Shown here in pieces: positions 21,501-32,500 of a stretch of 64,000 nucleotides of DNA. Within the stretch, counting starts at the first letter, position 1, and every line of letters begins with the position of its first letter. Below the pieces are notes generated by a model. The model was not told the origin of the DNA and searched no databases. It worked only from the letters and a program-made list of their open reading frames with translations. Location: the NCBI GenBank assembly GCA_043228905.1, contig JBHGNT010000002.1:14012001-14076000 (forward strand), read 5' to 3'. Position numbers and translations under genes: made by a program. The stretch comes from Azolla caroliniana. Taxonomy: Eukaryota > Plantae > Polypodiophyta.

Positions 21501-24303
21501 TGCCGAGGTCCACCTCTTCCAGCTGGGATGCTTTCACCCTTTGGGATATCGTCATTTCTCTTTCTAGGGCTTCCTGTGCTTGGCGTAGTTCCCGGATCGC
21601 CACTTTGTCCGGCTCGTCCGGCATTGTGATGTACGGCTCTACTGCTGCCGTAATATCCACCTCAAAAAGTGGGACGATCTGTGGGTGTTCCTCGAGGTAC
21701 CGATCAACTTCCTCATCCGGTAAGCCCTCCAACATGTTGATGCTTTCGGCATATAAAGGGGTTGCCTCCTTGCTAGTGAGCACCCGTGGTTGCGTGGCTA
21801 CCCGTACCTTTGTTTTCCCTCGTCGGAACGTGATCATATTCTTTTGCCAGTTTTGCTTAATATGCGCCGTTCGCAGCCATGGTCGTCCTAACAGTAGGGG
21901 ATATGCGCCTTGTACATTCAGCTCTAGTACCACGGCCGATATTCGGAATACGTGGCCTCCTATTGTTACTTCCAAGTCCCGGATAAGACCAGTTGGTCGG
22001 ACTGAGCTTGTATCCGCCATGCGTAACCAGAAGGGGCATGGTTCCCACTCCTGGATGCCTAGGTCGTCGCATGTCTGCCGACTAATGACGTTCACCCCGG
22101 AGCCTCCGTCAATAATTGTTCCTGGAATCTCCTTGCCTTTGACGATTGTCGTGATTGCTGGGCTACTGGTATCAACCACCGCTGGGCCTTCCTCCGGATT
22201 GGAGAAAAATGCCGGTGCTGGCGTCGGCGTCGGTTTGCTCACGGCGGCTTGTAAGTCTGCTGTGAACCGCGGCACCAACTGCAGTAACCGTGCCAACGGC
22301 AGCACGATCTGACAATCTTGTAGTGCTTGCCATGTCGGGTTTTCTCCTGGCTGTACGATTTCCTCCTCCCTTGGCATATTTTGGTTTCTTACTTCCGCCG
22401 CACCTTGTTCGTTGGCTTCTTTGATCCATTGTGCCGCTTGTTTTCTGATTGCTTCCTGGGCTTCCCATTCGGCGGCCTTCCCCTTCGACCGCGTGGTAAC
22501 CTGCTGTACTTCGGCTGTCACCATGTTGACGGCTGGCTGCTTGTCGGCTGTTTTGCTTGGGCATTGATTACTGTAATGCCCTTCTTTTCGGCAGTAATAA
22601 CAGTACACCCTGTGCGTGTTGCTGGATTCTCCTTTTTCCCATGTTTGGGGAAGGGGCATTCCCCGGCGGTTGTCCTCGGTTTTTCGGTTCTCCGGTGCCG
22701 CTACTGATTTGTCATTCCTTGTTGCCTCCCGACGCTCCTCTCTACGGAAGAATCCACGCCTTTGGTTCCGTCGGAAATTCCGGTTTCCTAGCCGCCTTTC
22801 TTCTCTGCGTCGCTCGTACTCCGGGGATTCGTCTCGGTCGTACCGGTCCCGGGGGTAGCTATCCCTTCGGTTTTCCTCTCGGTCGTACCGGTCCCGGGGG
22901 TAGCTATCCCTTCGGGTCTCCTCTCGGTCATAGCTGTCGCGTCTTCTATCGGGGTATCTGTCGCCGCGTTCTCGTCGGTAGCGGTCGTCCCTCCGGAATC
23001 GATCCTCTTCCGGGTCCCGATTGCGCGGTTCTATGTGTCGGACCGGTGCCGCTTGTCGAGTTAGCAGGTTATACTCGCATTGGTTCGTTGTGTGGGCGCG
23101 AGAATTGCATATCATGCACTGTGCACGCAGGGTGCAGTCGACGGTCGAGTGCCCCGAATTTAGGCATGTTGTGCATTGTAGGGCTTGTCGGAACCTGAGG
23201 TCCTCCTCCTTCGGAAGCGCCTGGTGTAACGCCCCCATCGGCAAGAAGGAGCTCGTGTTGTCCATTTCCAGGACCCGATCAATGACTTGGTCCATTGTGC
23301 TGGTGCTGAAATCGAGGATTCCACACATCGCTCGAAGTGGGTCTTTTAACGCAGCCAAAAAGACTGCCTTGGCCTCCTCTTCGGGTGGTGCTCTTGCTAA
23401 TTGACTGTGCAAGGTCTGGAAACGAATGATAAATTGTGGGACCGTCTCGTTTTCTCCCTGCCGAGTGGTGTAGAATTGTCCGACCAATTCCCTTTGTTCC
23501 ACTCGTCTATGAAACAAGCGTAAAAACTGGGTTTTCAATGCCTCGAACGTGGCGAAGCTGCCTGGTAAGTGCTTGTCGTGCCACCGGGCCGCCGGTCCCT
23601 CTAATGTCATGCCGAATTCGGCGACTTTGGATCGGTCGGCCTCGGCCTCCGTTAGTCTCTGGGACACGTGGTTGGCTTCCCATGTTCGCAGGAATGCATA
23701 CACATGTGCCTCTCCGTCGGGCTCATCCCGATACTTTGGGTATGGATACCGCATCGTGTCGTCCCACTGATTCTCCTGCGCTGGTTCCTCCGATGTCGGT
23801 CTCCGCTCCTGCTGTTCCTCCGCGGGTGGTGTTGATAACCGCTCCTGCGGTTCCTCCGCGGATGGTGTTGGTATCCGCTCCTCCCTCCTCGGCGATTGCC
23901 GGTCACCGAACTCCAGAGTTATTTCCTCCTCTGGCTCCGATGTTGCTGAGCGATCCGACTCAAAGGGGTTGTTCTCGTGGCTGCTTTTATAGCGGGATCC
24001 CACGCTTTCCCCGCTATCCGAATCCGCCTCTAATGTTGCAAATGCCGCTGCGTCCCCGTCGCCGCCAGCGAGAGTCTGTAGTAGTGTCTCCGCTTCTTGG
24101 AGGCTGGTTATGCTACTGCCTTCGTCGGAAGCTTGTAGAACCTGGAACTGCAGTGCGTCTTCTGCGATTTGCCGAAGCGTTTTTGAGAATGACCGATCGC
24201 GCCGGATCTCGTCAACGGCTTGCTGCAGGGCTTCCCGTCGTCGCTGCCGTTCGGCGTGGCGTCTCCCTCTTTCGGTGATGTGGTCGTTACTTTGTCTAGA
24301 CAT
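18559..24303 (-). CDS. Gag-Pol polyprotein (gag, 3 CCHC knuckles, PR, RT, RH, INT), single ORF of ~1914 aa
   Basis: IIDGGSGVN protease, FLDDFAV RT, VDAS...ADYLSRL RNase H, H-H-C-C and GLDFVGP...SDQG...AE integrase, GPF motif. The ATG is at 24303; the track start lies inside the LTR. Confidence 0.95.
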   Translation of the reverse strand: MSRQSNDHITERGRRHAERQRRREALQQAVDEIRRDRSFSKTLRQIAEDALQFQVLQASDEGSSITSLQEAETLLQTLAGGDGDAAAFATLEADSDSGESVGSRYKSSHENNPFESDRSATSEPEEEITLEFGDRQSPRREERIPTPSAEEPQERLSTPPAEEQQERRPTSEEPAQENQWDDTMRYPYPKYRDEPDGEAHVYAFLRTWEANHVSQRLTEAEADRSKVAEFGMTLEGPAARWHDKHLPGSFATFEALKTQFLRLFHRRVEQRELVGQFYTTRQGENETVPQFIIRFQTLHSQLARAPPEEEAKAVFLAALKDPLRAMCGILDFSTSTMDQVIDRVLEMDNTSSFLPMGALHQALPKEEDLRFRQALQCTTCLNSGHSTVDCTLRAQCMICNSRAHTTNQCEYNLLTRQAAPVRHIEPRNRDPEEDRFRRDDRYRRERGDRYPDRRRDSYDREETRRDSYPRDRYDREENRRDSYPRDRYDRDESPEYERRREERRLGNRNFRRNQRRGFFRREERREATRNDKSVAAPENRKTEDNRRGMPLPQTWEKGESSNTHRVYCYYCRKEGHYSNQCPSKTADKQPAVNMVTAEVQQVTTRSKGKAAEWEAQEAIRKQAAQWIKEANEQGAAEVRNQNMPREEEIVQPGENPTWQALQDCQIVLPLARLLQLVPRFTADLQAAVSKPTPTPAPAFFSNPEEGPAVVDTSSPAITTIVKGKEIPGTIIDGGSGVNVISRQTCDDLGIQEWEPCPFWLRMADTSSVRPTGLIRDLEVTIGGHVFRISAVVLELNVQGAYPLLLGRPWLRTAHIKQNWQKNMITFRRGKTKVRVATQPRVLTSKEATPLYAESINMLEGLPDEEVDRYLEEHPQIVPLFEVDITAAVEPYITMPDEPDKVAIRELRQAQEALEREMTISQRVKASQLEEVDLGTTEQPRPVKVAKELPKEEKQAMVALLTAFKDVFAWSYEDMRGLDPQLYQHQIHLSTDAKPIAQRRYRMNPNYAAKVKEEIDKLLRVGFIRPVKQATWLSPIVVVPKKNGKIRVCVDYRKLNAATVTDAFPLPFTDGVLDAVAGHEVYNFLDGFSGYNQIRMNPADQEKTAFVTEWGVFVAVVMMFGLKTAPATFQRIIMEIFGDFIPGFMQVFLDDFAVYSRHGEHLDHLRLCLEKCREYRLSLNPAKCVFGVASGNLLGHVVSREGIAVDPDKVKAILDAPAPNSAKALSRFLGQIRWHSRMIRHLADFATPLHAAVHRVPFQWTETEDKAYQALKVMLSQAPVVQPPDWSKSFHVFVDASDVAIGSVLMQLTEPKWYRPVYYASRKLSKAERNYSTTEREALGMVYSVTKYRHYLLGRKFSFHVDHSALLYLVSKAALTGKLARWTLLLQEFEFDIFHRPGVQHAVADYLSRLESGESGDGVQDEFPDAELFKVTTAPATETTVADEDKWLTEMHQFLSTGVPPENLDRDERKRMAVRSRHFCLVGDTLYHKGADGVWRRAVRSDEKDLILREAHCGIAGGHYAGETTARKIWQSGLWWPTTMRDAVKYSRECDLCQRLGQPTEQARMPHHPVLPLEPFQKWGLDFVGPFKPPAMRTGNRYIIVATDYCTKWVEAKALRDNTAASTAKFLYECIWCRYGCPIELISDQGGHFLGQVVESLTSFYAVVHKRSTPYYPQANGLAESTNKTLQNILRKIVNENRTDWDTKLQSVLWAYRTAYKTSIRTTPFRLAFGLEAVMPVEFQIPSLRIQVKERLSEKESERIRLKRLLELEENRIASLLQLELEQRRRKAFVDRHRRGNEKEFEVGKPVLLFQTRMGSMPGKLRFRWTGPFWITKEYNGSYQLGTLSGEVVRKWANGFRLKPYKGHMPANPFKQDPDILNGEEPTQIRRTKEPTPTRNNEEPTTVRTDPNTSGGTEQ

Positions 24304-24339
24304 CCATCCCCCGGTTGTCCTCTGCACTCTGCAGGAATC

Positions 24340-24349
24340 GTGGTCGCCA
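24340..24349 (-). promoter_or_regulatory. PBS TGGCGACCAC (tRNA-Arg, probably UCG)
   Basis: 6 nt downstream of the 5' LTR; matches the recalled tRNA-Arg(UCG) 3' end ...GTGGTCGCCA. Confidence 0.7.
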
Positions 24350-24355
24350 AAATAG

Positions 24356-25095
24356 TGTTGTATGTATGGCTGGACTAGCCGCAACACAGGTGTCTATCCG
24401 ACACTTCTCCAAAGGGGTGGTAGGGATAGGATGTTAATACACGCGTATGATAATTACACTTAAGCACAGACGAAGACAAGATTAATCAGCATAAGCAAAA
24501 CTATATTAATTCTTCGCGCTTTCATTACAAAACATCGGATCCTTTTATAGGCATCCGGCCAGATTACAATCGGTGCTCGGTAGGCAACCGTTAACCGAAA
24601 CCGAATCGGTTCGGATCCGGATCGGTTACAACTACCGGATCCGTCCCTCCTAATAATTCTATTCCTATTTCTATACTTATCCGATCCGACCTTGCTTTCC
24701 CATTTGCCTTCTCTGACCGGCCAACATTGTATGTATGGCTGGACTAGCCGCAACACAGGTGTCTATCCGACACTTCTCCAAAGGGGTGGTAGGGATAGGA
24801 TGTTAATACACGCGTATGATAATTACACTTAAGCACAGACGAAGACAAGATTAATCAGCATAAGCAAAACTATATTAATTCTTCGCGCTTTCATTACAAA
24901 ACATCGGATCCTTTTATAGGCATCCGGCCAGATTACAATCGGTGCTCGGTAGGCAACCGTTAACCGAAACCGAATCGGTTCGGATCCGGATCGGTTACAA
25001 CTACCGGATCCGTCCCTCCTAATAATTCTATTCCTATTTCTATACTTATCCGATCCGACCTTGCTTTCCCATTTGCCTTCTCTGACCGGCCAACA
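24356..25095 (-). repeat. Tandem pair of F LTRs
   Basis: Junction ...ccaaca|ttgtatg; the second copy lacks 2 terminal bases. Confidence 0.95.
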
Positions 25096-25100
25096 AAAAG

Positions 25101-25312
25101 TATTATTTTCCGCCATCCAACCGCAAGGACTTGATCTTTCGTCCTGCTTCCGTTTCCACGAACCCTTTGAGGTTCTGGAAATAGTTAAAGACTTCACTCT
25201 TCTTCTCGATGAGATAGATCCACGTGTGTTGTGTATAGTCGTCGATGAAGGAGACAAAATATCGACTCTCGCCAAGACTACCGTTCTATGTCAGCCCCCA
25301 TACATCGGAATG
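25101..25312 (-). pseudogene. Copia E integrase N-core fragment
   Basis: HSDVWG...YFVSFIDDY...KSEVF...KIKSLRLDGG. Confidence 0.85.
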
Positions 25313-25825
25313 TCTCCCCCTTTTTGGTCAAACTATTTAAGGAGGGAGAGAAGGGGGAAAAGGGCATCGCGCGTTAGCGAGGATGGTGTGTTGCAGGACC
25401 GAGTGTCGAGCTCTCTCTCCTCCTCTGACCGTCATTCTCTGTGGGTGTTGGGAGTTCGACGCCTCTGCTTCGTGGGTAGCCCGTGCGCTGCCAGTAGAGG
25501 CTCTCCCTTCTACGTTTTTCTGGGTCCAGTGTGTTCCATCTGTGTGCGTGAGTAGGGTCCCCGTGTCGGGTCCATCGCCGACTTGCCGGTTGTAACCATT
25601 AGAGTTTGTAATCTCTTGATATTGTAATCGACTGTTATTGTAATTAAGTGTTCCATTCTTTTTCTCTCCTTCTTGCTTCTGCGTATCTGCAAATCTCTCA
25701 CTCTCTCTCTCTCTCTCTCGCTCCTCAGTTCAAGGCCCCCATGGTCCCGCCCTTCTACACGAACGCACGTAACAACGCGACATATTTAGTGAACCCGATG
25801 TGAAAGGGCGGCAAGGAGTCGAAAG

Positions 25826-27964
25826 ATGAGGGGATTGAAGCTGGCGGAGGCAATGGCGGTAGCCGTCGACCGGCAGGTAGGCGCTCGTGAGGGGACGGGT
25901 ACCCTCGACAAAGCCATCGAATCGATCGTCGGCACTATAGGCCGGTTCAGAGGGAAAGAAGCCACAAGTTATTTGGAGGCTTACCAGGCCGAAATGATCA
26001 TGAGGGATATCCCGGTGGAGAGGCGGCTGTCCGGATTCCCTCGGGTGGTGACGCCGAGCATCCACACGGAGGTGCTCGAGGTGTTGGCCGAATGCTAGAC
26101 TTGGGAGGAGTTCAAGCTGCAACTTCTCGAGAAGTACGGCTTTGACGACTCGCTTCAGCTGTCGAGGCGGGACTTCATGGCGTGGGTGGAAAGCCCCGGA
26201 AAAGGGAGGAACACGTCGGCGCTCCTCGAGGAGTTCGAAAAACAGTTCGCGTGGCTGTCGACGCTGGACCGGACCGTGCTCGAAACGAGTCGCGTACTAC
26301 TATTTGTCAAGTCGGTGGACGCGCTCAACAGGGAAAAGGTGGGTCCCCTATTGGAAACGGACGAAGCGCTCACAGCAGACTGGGCCGTGGTAAAACGGGT
26401 CTGCAACCGTTTCGACAAACGGCACGATTGGAGCGACGAAAGCTCGTCGGGGTCAGGGCCGGTCCTGGCGAGGAGGCTCGAGGAGCCGGTATCAGTGCCA
26501 CCTGGTAGGAAGGAAGAGACCCGAATTTGGCTGGAGTCGGGGTCGGCATCGAACGACGTGGTCAGAGGCCCATCTGGACGAGCGGCTCTGGAGGAGCTGA
26601 CACAGATGGTGCGCAACCTGTAGATCGCACAGGCCCGGAGAGACAGCGGCGAACAACCTCCCGACCGGAGGCCGCCGGCTGGGCAGTGGTGCATGTGGTG
26701 TGACGCGATCGGTCACATTCGAAAGGATTGCGCGGATTTCGCCGACGCTCTCAGGGCCAATGTGGTGTACCTCTGGAACGAGCGGGTGCACGCGAGGGAA
26801 ACCCAGAGAGCCCTAGAACTAAATGCAGGGCGCGGCGGAATTAAGAGGTTGATGGAAGAGGCCGCGGCACGGCATGTAGAAGCCGTTAACTACTCAGTGT
26901 CGGCGGGAATTCGGGTCGGGGGTGATGAGACCCGGAAGGTGAAGGACTCTGGATTCTGGCCGCTAGTGCTAGAAGGCCTCTCCAGGGTTCGGCTGAAGAA
27001 GGAAGAGGCGGACCGCGCGGAACAACGGTTCCAGGAGGTCATCGGATGGGATGATCCGGTCGAAGAGAAAACGGGCTTCGTAGAAGCCGCTTTCCAGAAC
27101 TACGAGGTTCTGGTGGAAGATAAACCGGCAAGAAAGGACGGGGGGGTCGGTCCCCCGCAGAGGTACGAGACCCGGTTTGGACTGAAACCGACCGGTGCCA
27201 GCAACCCAGGCGCGCCGGACGGAAAGAAACAGTCGGGGTTTCGGTTGAGCACTGAAATCGAGAGAGCAACGGACCTATGGAAGGTCCTTGAAGAGAGGAT
27301 CCTCGACAATAAAGTGGAGTTGTCGTTGCAGGAGGTGCTGGGAATCGCCAAGAGGGAGTTCCACGACTCCATCGTAGACTTGGTGAAGCGGAAGAGGCTC
27401 TCGACGGAGCCGGAACCGGAGAAGCCGGTGGAGGTGCAGACCACGCACTTAGAAGACACAGCCCTAGAAGACAAGTTGGCGGAAAGCCACTACGCGAAGC
27501 CGCATTGGGCCAGGGCAACTACGGAAACCCCTGTACGGATCGGCGACGTTCCGGAACCGGTGGTGGCCTTGGTAGACCATGGCTCCGAAATCAACCTGAT
27601 GTCCATGGATTTCTACAAGAAGGGTAAATGGCCGATCAACACCAAGCATGGGTGGAAGATACGTGCGGCGACACGTGCTACGGAGGAGCTGCATGGTGCG
27701 TGCCCGAATGTACGCGTAAAGATCGGTGACGTCGAGATAGATCAACATTTCTTCGTGTAGGAAACATCCTCACACCCGGTGATTCTCGACGAACCGTACA
27801 TTACGGCAACATGCATGGAGACGAGGGTGTTGGACAACGGTTCGCAGTACACGCGCGTCAAGAGCCAAGACAGTCATCGGCATTCCGTCCAATTCATGAC
27901 CGTACGTTCGAACCATGAGAGGAATCGCGAGACCCTCGGCGGCGACAGCCGAGGGGATTTTTAG
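25826..27964 (+). pseudogene. Element C ORF1: gag (CMWCDAIGHIRKDC) plus protease (ALVDHGSEIN)
   Basis: Fragments separated by premature TAG stops; ends ...RGDF*. Confidence 0.85.
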
Positions 27965-29094
27965 AGAGGGCTATCAAGGCGTGGGGCCGCGGTAGTCCGG
28001 ACGTACCAGAAGAACCCCACACATGTACAGTAGGTAGGATGTTTTGGTTCTCCAAAAATGGAGGTTGTACTGTAGCCAGAGTCAGCGGCCGGGAGAGGAA
28101 GCGAGCGGAGGAGCGGCTCAAGGGATGCAGAGTCCTCTCCCCCGACGAAGAAATCAGCGGCGCCGTGGAGGCAGTGTCTTTTGACGACACCTTGGGCGAG
28201 TTGCGAAAGGTGATCGGTGAAGACCTTAGAGAAGACCGGACTGTTCCGGTTAGTTCGATGGGAATGTACGAAGTCATCGCGGACTTTAGGGAAAGGATCG
28301 GGTCGGATCGGACGGCCCGCGTGGATACAAAGTACAAGACTGTGGACCGGAAGGTGAGGCCAGTCGCGGCACCCTTGCCAGAGGGCAGCGAGGAGCGGAT
28401 AAAAGGGGTGCGTCGGACCCAAGTTTACGGAATCCGGCTAGCATAGGGCACCGGTTCACCGACATAACGCTAAGGGAGCTCAAGGTTGGTGGGGGTGGCT
28501 TTCTACTGCTGGCAAAGGAGGACAGGTTTCGGAGAATGCTCGGAAGGCATGGGAAAGCCTTCGCGTTTTCGCCGGAGGAGATCAGGTGCGTGGACCCGAC
28601 GATCGTCGAACCGATGGTGATCTTCACGGTACCGCATGTACCATGGAATCTCAAACCGATTCCGGTGCCGAGAGCTCACATCCCGAAGTTGATGGAGCTT
28701 CTAAAGCAAAAGGTGGAGATGGGCATCCTCGAACCATCGAGTGCCCCATATTCGAATCGGTGGTTTATAGTGCCGAAGAAGAACGGCACGCTGCGCTTCA
28801 TTCAGGACCTGCAACCAATCAACAGGGTGACCATCCGTAATGCAGGAATCGGACCGACCATAGACGAGTTCGCGAAGACCTGCACTGGAAGGTCGATCTA
28901 TTCGATCGGTGACTTATACTCGGGGTACGACCAGTTCCAGCTAGCCGTGGAGAGCAGGGATATCACGATGTTGCGAACTCCTCTCGGCCTAGTACGGATG
29001 TGTACCCTACCACAAGGGGGGACGAATTTGGTGGCGCATATGGTGAACGCAATGAACCAGGTGCTGAGGGACTGCATCCCAGACATCATCATGT
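27955..29094 (+). pseudogene. Element C ORF2 5' part (RT), entered by a probable -1 frameshift
   Basis: The -1 frame is open from G GAT TTT to ATG 28039; PWNLKPIPVP...YSNRWFIVPKKNG...DLYSGYDQ...LPQG. Confidence 0.85.
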
Positions 29095-29528
29095 TGTCAG
29101 GAGTAGTACTAAAGCAGAGATGGAATTAGTACTAAGAAGAGTAGTACTATTAGTACTAAGAGGACGGGACTGCGTAAGATTCCTGAGAGAGAGGAATTGA
29201 GAAGAGGAGAGAGAGAAATAGGATGATGACAGCAGCTCTTATATTATATGAAAAATAAGTACAAATCGGCTAAGAGGCTTAAGACTGGTGTTGAACCAAT
29301 TTGGTTCAAAACAATGCCTTGTGCCTCCTTTTATAGGGTTTTTAGGAATAATCTTGAAGCTTCTAGAATGTTCCAGAGAGATCTGGAATATACATCAATT
29401 TTCTATGATAAAGTATAAATGAAAATAATATCCTACAAAATACAATTCATAGTCTAATGGTAAGAGCTCGACCCATGTACATAAGGTCATAGGTTCGAGT
29501 CTTGCCATATTATGACACTATCTCCCCC

Positions 29529-32500
29529 TTAAAGACGACGAGTGGAACGAGTCGGCGCTAATTGCGGACCGGGTTTGTCCGGATACTTTCGGTGGAAATC
29601 AGCAAGAAGATCTTGTGCATTGGCAACATGCTCGAACGGTCGAGTAGTCTTGATATGACGACGTAAGAGCCATAGTCGATCTCCGATGGCAAAAGAGGAG
29701 GGAATCCGATGACGATCCGCATAAGTCTTCTGTGTGTGTTGAGCATGACGAAGGTGAGTAGAGAGATCCATCTGGATCTTGCGTAGCCTCTCCAAATGAT
29801 CCTCGGCACGAGGGTTGGTAGGTAGCTCCAGAGTGTCGATCACCGACCAACGAGGATGGAAACCAGTATAAGCGAAAAATGGGGAGACCCGAGTCGAGGA
29901 GTGAATAGCATTATTATACGCAAACTCCGCAAAGTGGAGAATCGCGGCCCAATCGTCCTGTTCATAACTCAGGAAACACCGGAGATATTGCTCCAGTGTT
30001 TGGTTTGTTCGTTCCGCCTGTCCGTCGGTCTGAGGATGGTAGCCGGAGGAGAGGTTGCAGGAGACCTTGAGCATCTTGAAGAGATGCTGCCAAAATTTGG
30101 AGACAAATTGCGGGCCTCGGTCACTGATAATACTGTCTGGGAGGCCATGATGCCGAAATACCTCATGCATAACAAGAGCGGCGGTTTCCTCGCTAGTGAT
30201 GGCTTTAGTACATGGCACAAAATGTGCCATCTTCGTATATCGATCGACGACGGTTAGGATAGCATCGAACCCCTTCGAGACCGGCAGATCTGTGATAAAA
30301 TCAAGACAAATAGACTACCATGGCTTACTTGGAATCGGTAAAGGTTCCAACAAGCCATATGGATGGTGTCGTGGCATCTTTGCTCGGCAGCAAGCATCAC
30401 AGGTCCAAACGTAGTCGTCGACAAAACGGCGCATGTGGGGCCACCAAAAATGTCCCGCCGTATGGGTGTCGTGACAATGTTAGACGATTTGAAGGCGACA
30501 GGAGCAATCAGGGACATATACGCGCTTTTTAAAGAATAACAAACCATCATGATATTCCAACGTCTTAGTACTACCGAAATGTCCCGCCGTATGGGTGTCG
30601 TGACAATGTTGGACGATTTGAAGGCGACAGGAGCAATCAGGGACATATACGCGCTTTTTAAAGAATAACAAACCATCATGATATTCGAATTGTCAGTAGT
30701 CAATACCTGGTTGTTGAGACTGAGAACAGGATGCCCAAGAAGTATCAATGTGCGCCAGGATGTCTTGAGCAAAACTATCCGTCTTCAAGGTTGCACGTAT
30801 GTCAGCGGTAATCCGTGAATCCATCGGGGTGTGAAAAATCCGCGTCGTGTGCAATCGTGTTGGTCCCAAGATTACTTGCTTTTGATTATCAAATGTTGCG
30901 TCACCAGGACGAGGTGCAAGATATGAACACCGTGATAGTGCATCTGCTTTTCCTTGCTGCTTCCCCGGTCGATATGTGATTTTGAAGTCGAAACGCGTGA
31001 GGAATTGCGCCCACCGAGCTTGCCGTTGATTTAGTACACGAGCCTTCTGAAAATAAGCAAGATTTTTATGATCGCTAAAGACAATGACCTGATGTGGAGA
31101 GCCCTCTAAGAAATCCCGCCATTGTACAAATGAATCCATGATGACTAATAACTCCTTGTCATGTATTTCGTAGTTGATTTCTGCAACATCGAATTTGCGC
31201 GAATGGAAAGCCACCGGATGCAACTCTTCTTTATCGCCTTGTTGAGAAAGGATGCTACCGAGGGCGAAATCTGATGCGTTGGCCTCCATGATGAATCAGT
31301 GCTGATGTAAAGGCTTTCTTAAGATGCCGAAAATCCATATCTGCTTCTATGGACCAAAGAAATGCTTGGCCCTTCTTCGTAAGTTGTGTGAGAGGTAAAA
31401 TAATCTTCGAGTAATCCTGTATAAACTTACGGTAGAAGTTAGCAAAACCTAGAAAACATTGTACATCTCGTACCGACCGTGGAATTTGCCACTCTAGTAT
31501 AGTTTGGATTTTAGCTGGATCTATGGCGATGCCCTTTGAGGAGATGACGTAGCCTAGAAATTCCACTTGCTTGCAGTCAAAGCTACATTTCTCTAGCTTG
31601 GCATAAAGACCATTCTCGCGGAGTCGCTTTAGTACTAATAGTACATGAGAATCGTGCTCTTCCTGGGTCTTCGAATAAATCAACAGATCATCCAGATAAA
31701 TGATCAAACAGATATCCAAGAGGTCTCTAAATATATCATTTGCCATGTGTTGGAAGACTGCGGGTGCATTGGTTAGGCCAAACGGCATAACAGTATACTC
31801 GAAATGCCCATACCGCGTGCGAAAGGCGGTCTTCCACTCATCTCCCGGTCGGATCCGCACGAGATTATACGCTCCTCGTAGGTCGATTTTAGTAAAAAAC
31901 TTGGCACCATTAACTCGCACTAAAAGACTTGATATAAGAGGAAGTGCATACCTATTCCGGATGGTGACTTTATTCAATCCGCGGTAATCAACGACAAGAC
32001 GAAGTGAGCCATCTTTCTTCTTGACAAAGAAGATGGGTGCACCGGCCGGAGATTTCGAATGGCGGATGAACCCGCTTGCCAAGTTCTCCTCTATGTAGGC
32101 TCGAAGGACTTCTAACTCGGTGGGTGACAAGTTGTAAATTGGTCCCCATGGTGGCTCGGTTCCTGGTTGTAAATCGATGGGACAGTCATAGGGACGGTGA
32201 TGAGGAAGGGTACCGGCTTTTACCTTGTCAAATACATCGGCATAAGGATGATATTTTGCTGGAAGTTGTACTGAGGAGTCCTTCTTAATAGTGTTGGAAG
32301 GATGTACTGATATTGCAAATAGGAACATTGCCTCCTTGGGTCCTTCTTCGCGTAGTTGATGGAGTGAAATGGTCGAAACTTGGTGAGTTGATTCTTGGGG
32401 TGGTCGATATCGGACTTCTCTTGTTCTCCAATCTATGGCTGGATTATGTAATTCAAACCAAGGTAATCCTAGGACAATGGGATGCTCTGGACTACTAATT

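Larger units (their letters stand above)
14604..25095 (-). mobile_element. Element F: young intact Ty3/Gypsy (Athila/Tat group) with a sense extra ORF and three LTRs
   Basis: Perfect TSD aaaag (14599-14603 / 25096-25100); LTRs 14604-14974, 24356-24726 and 24727-25095 appear identical; uninterrupted gag-pol; PBS TGGCGACCAC. Confidence 0.97.

Noticed and set aside
24304-24387. N-terminal extension of the 1942-aa ORF (and the same MLRLVQPYIQ start at 14635 and 24756)
   Set aside because: Starts inside the LTR and crosses the PBS; the ATG at 24303 matches the gag start in A.
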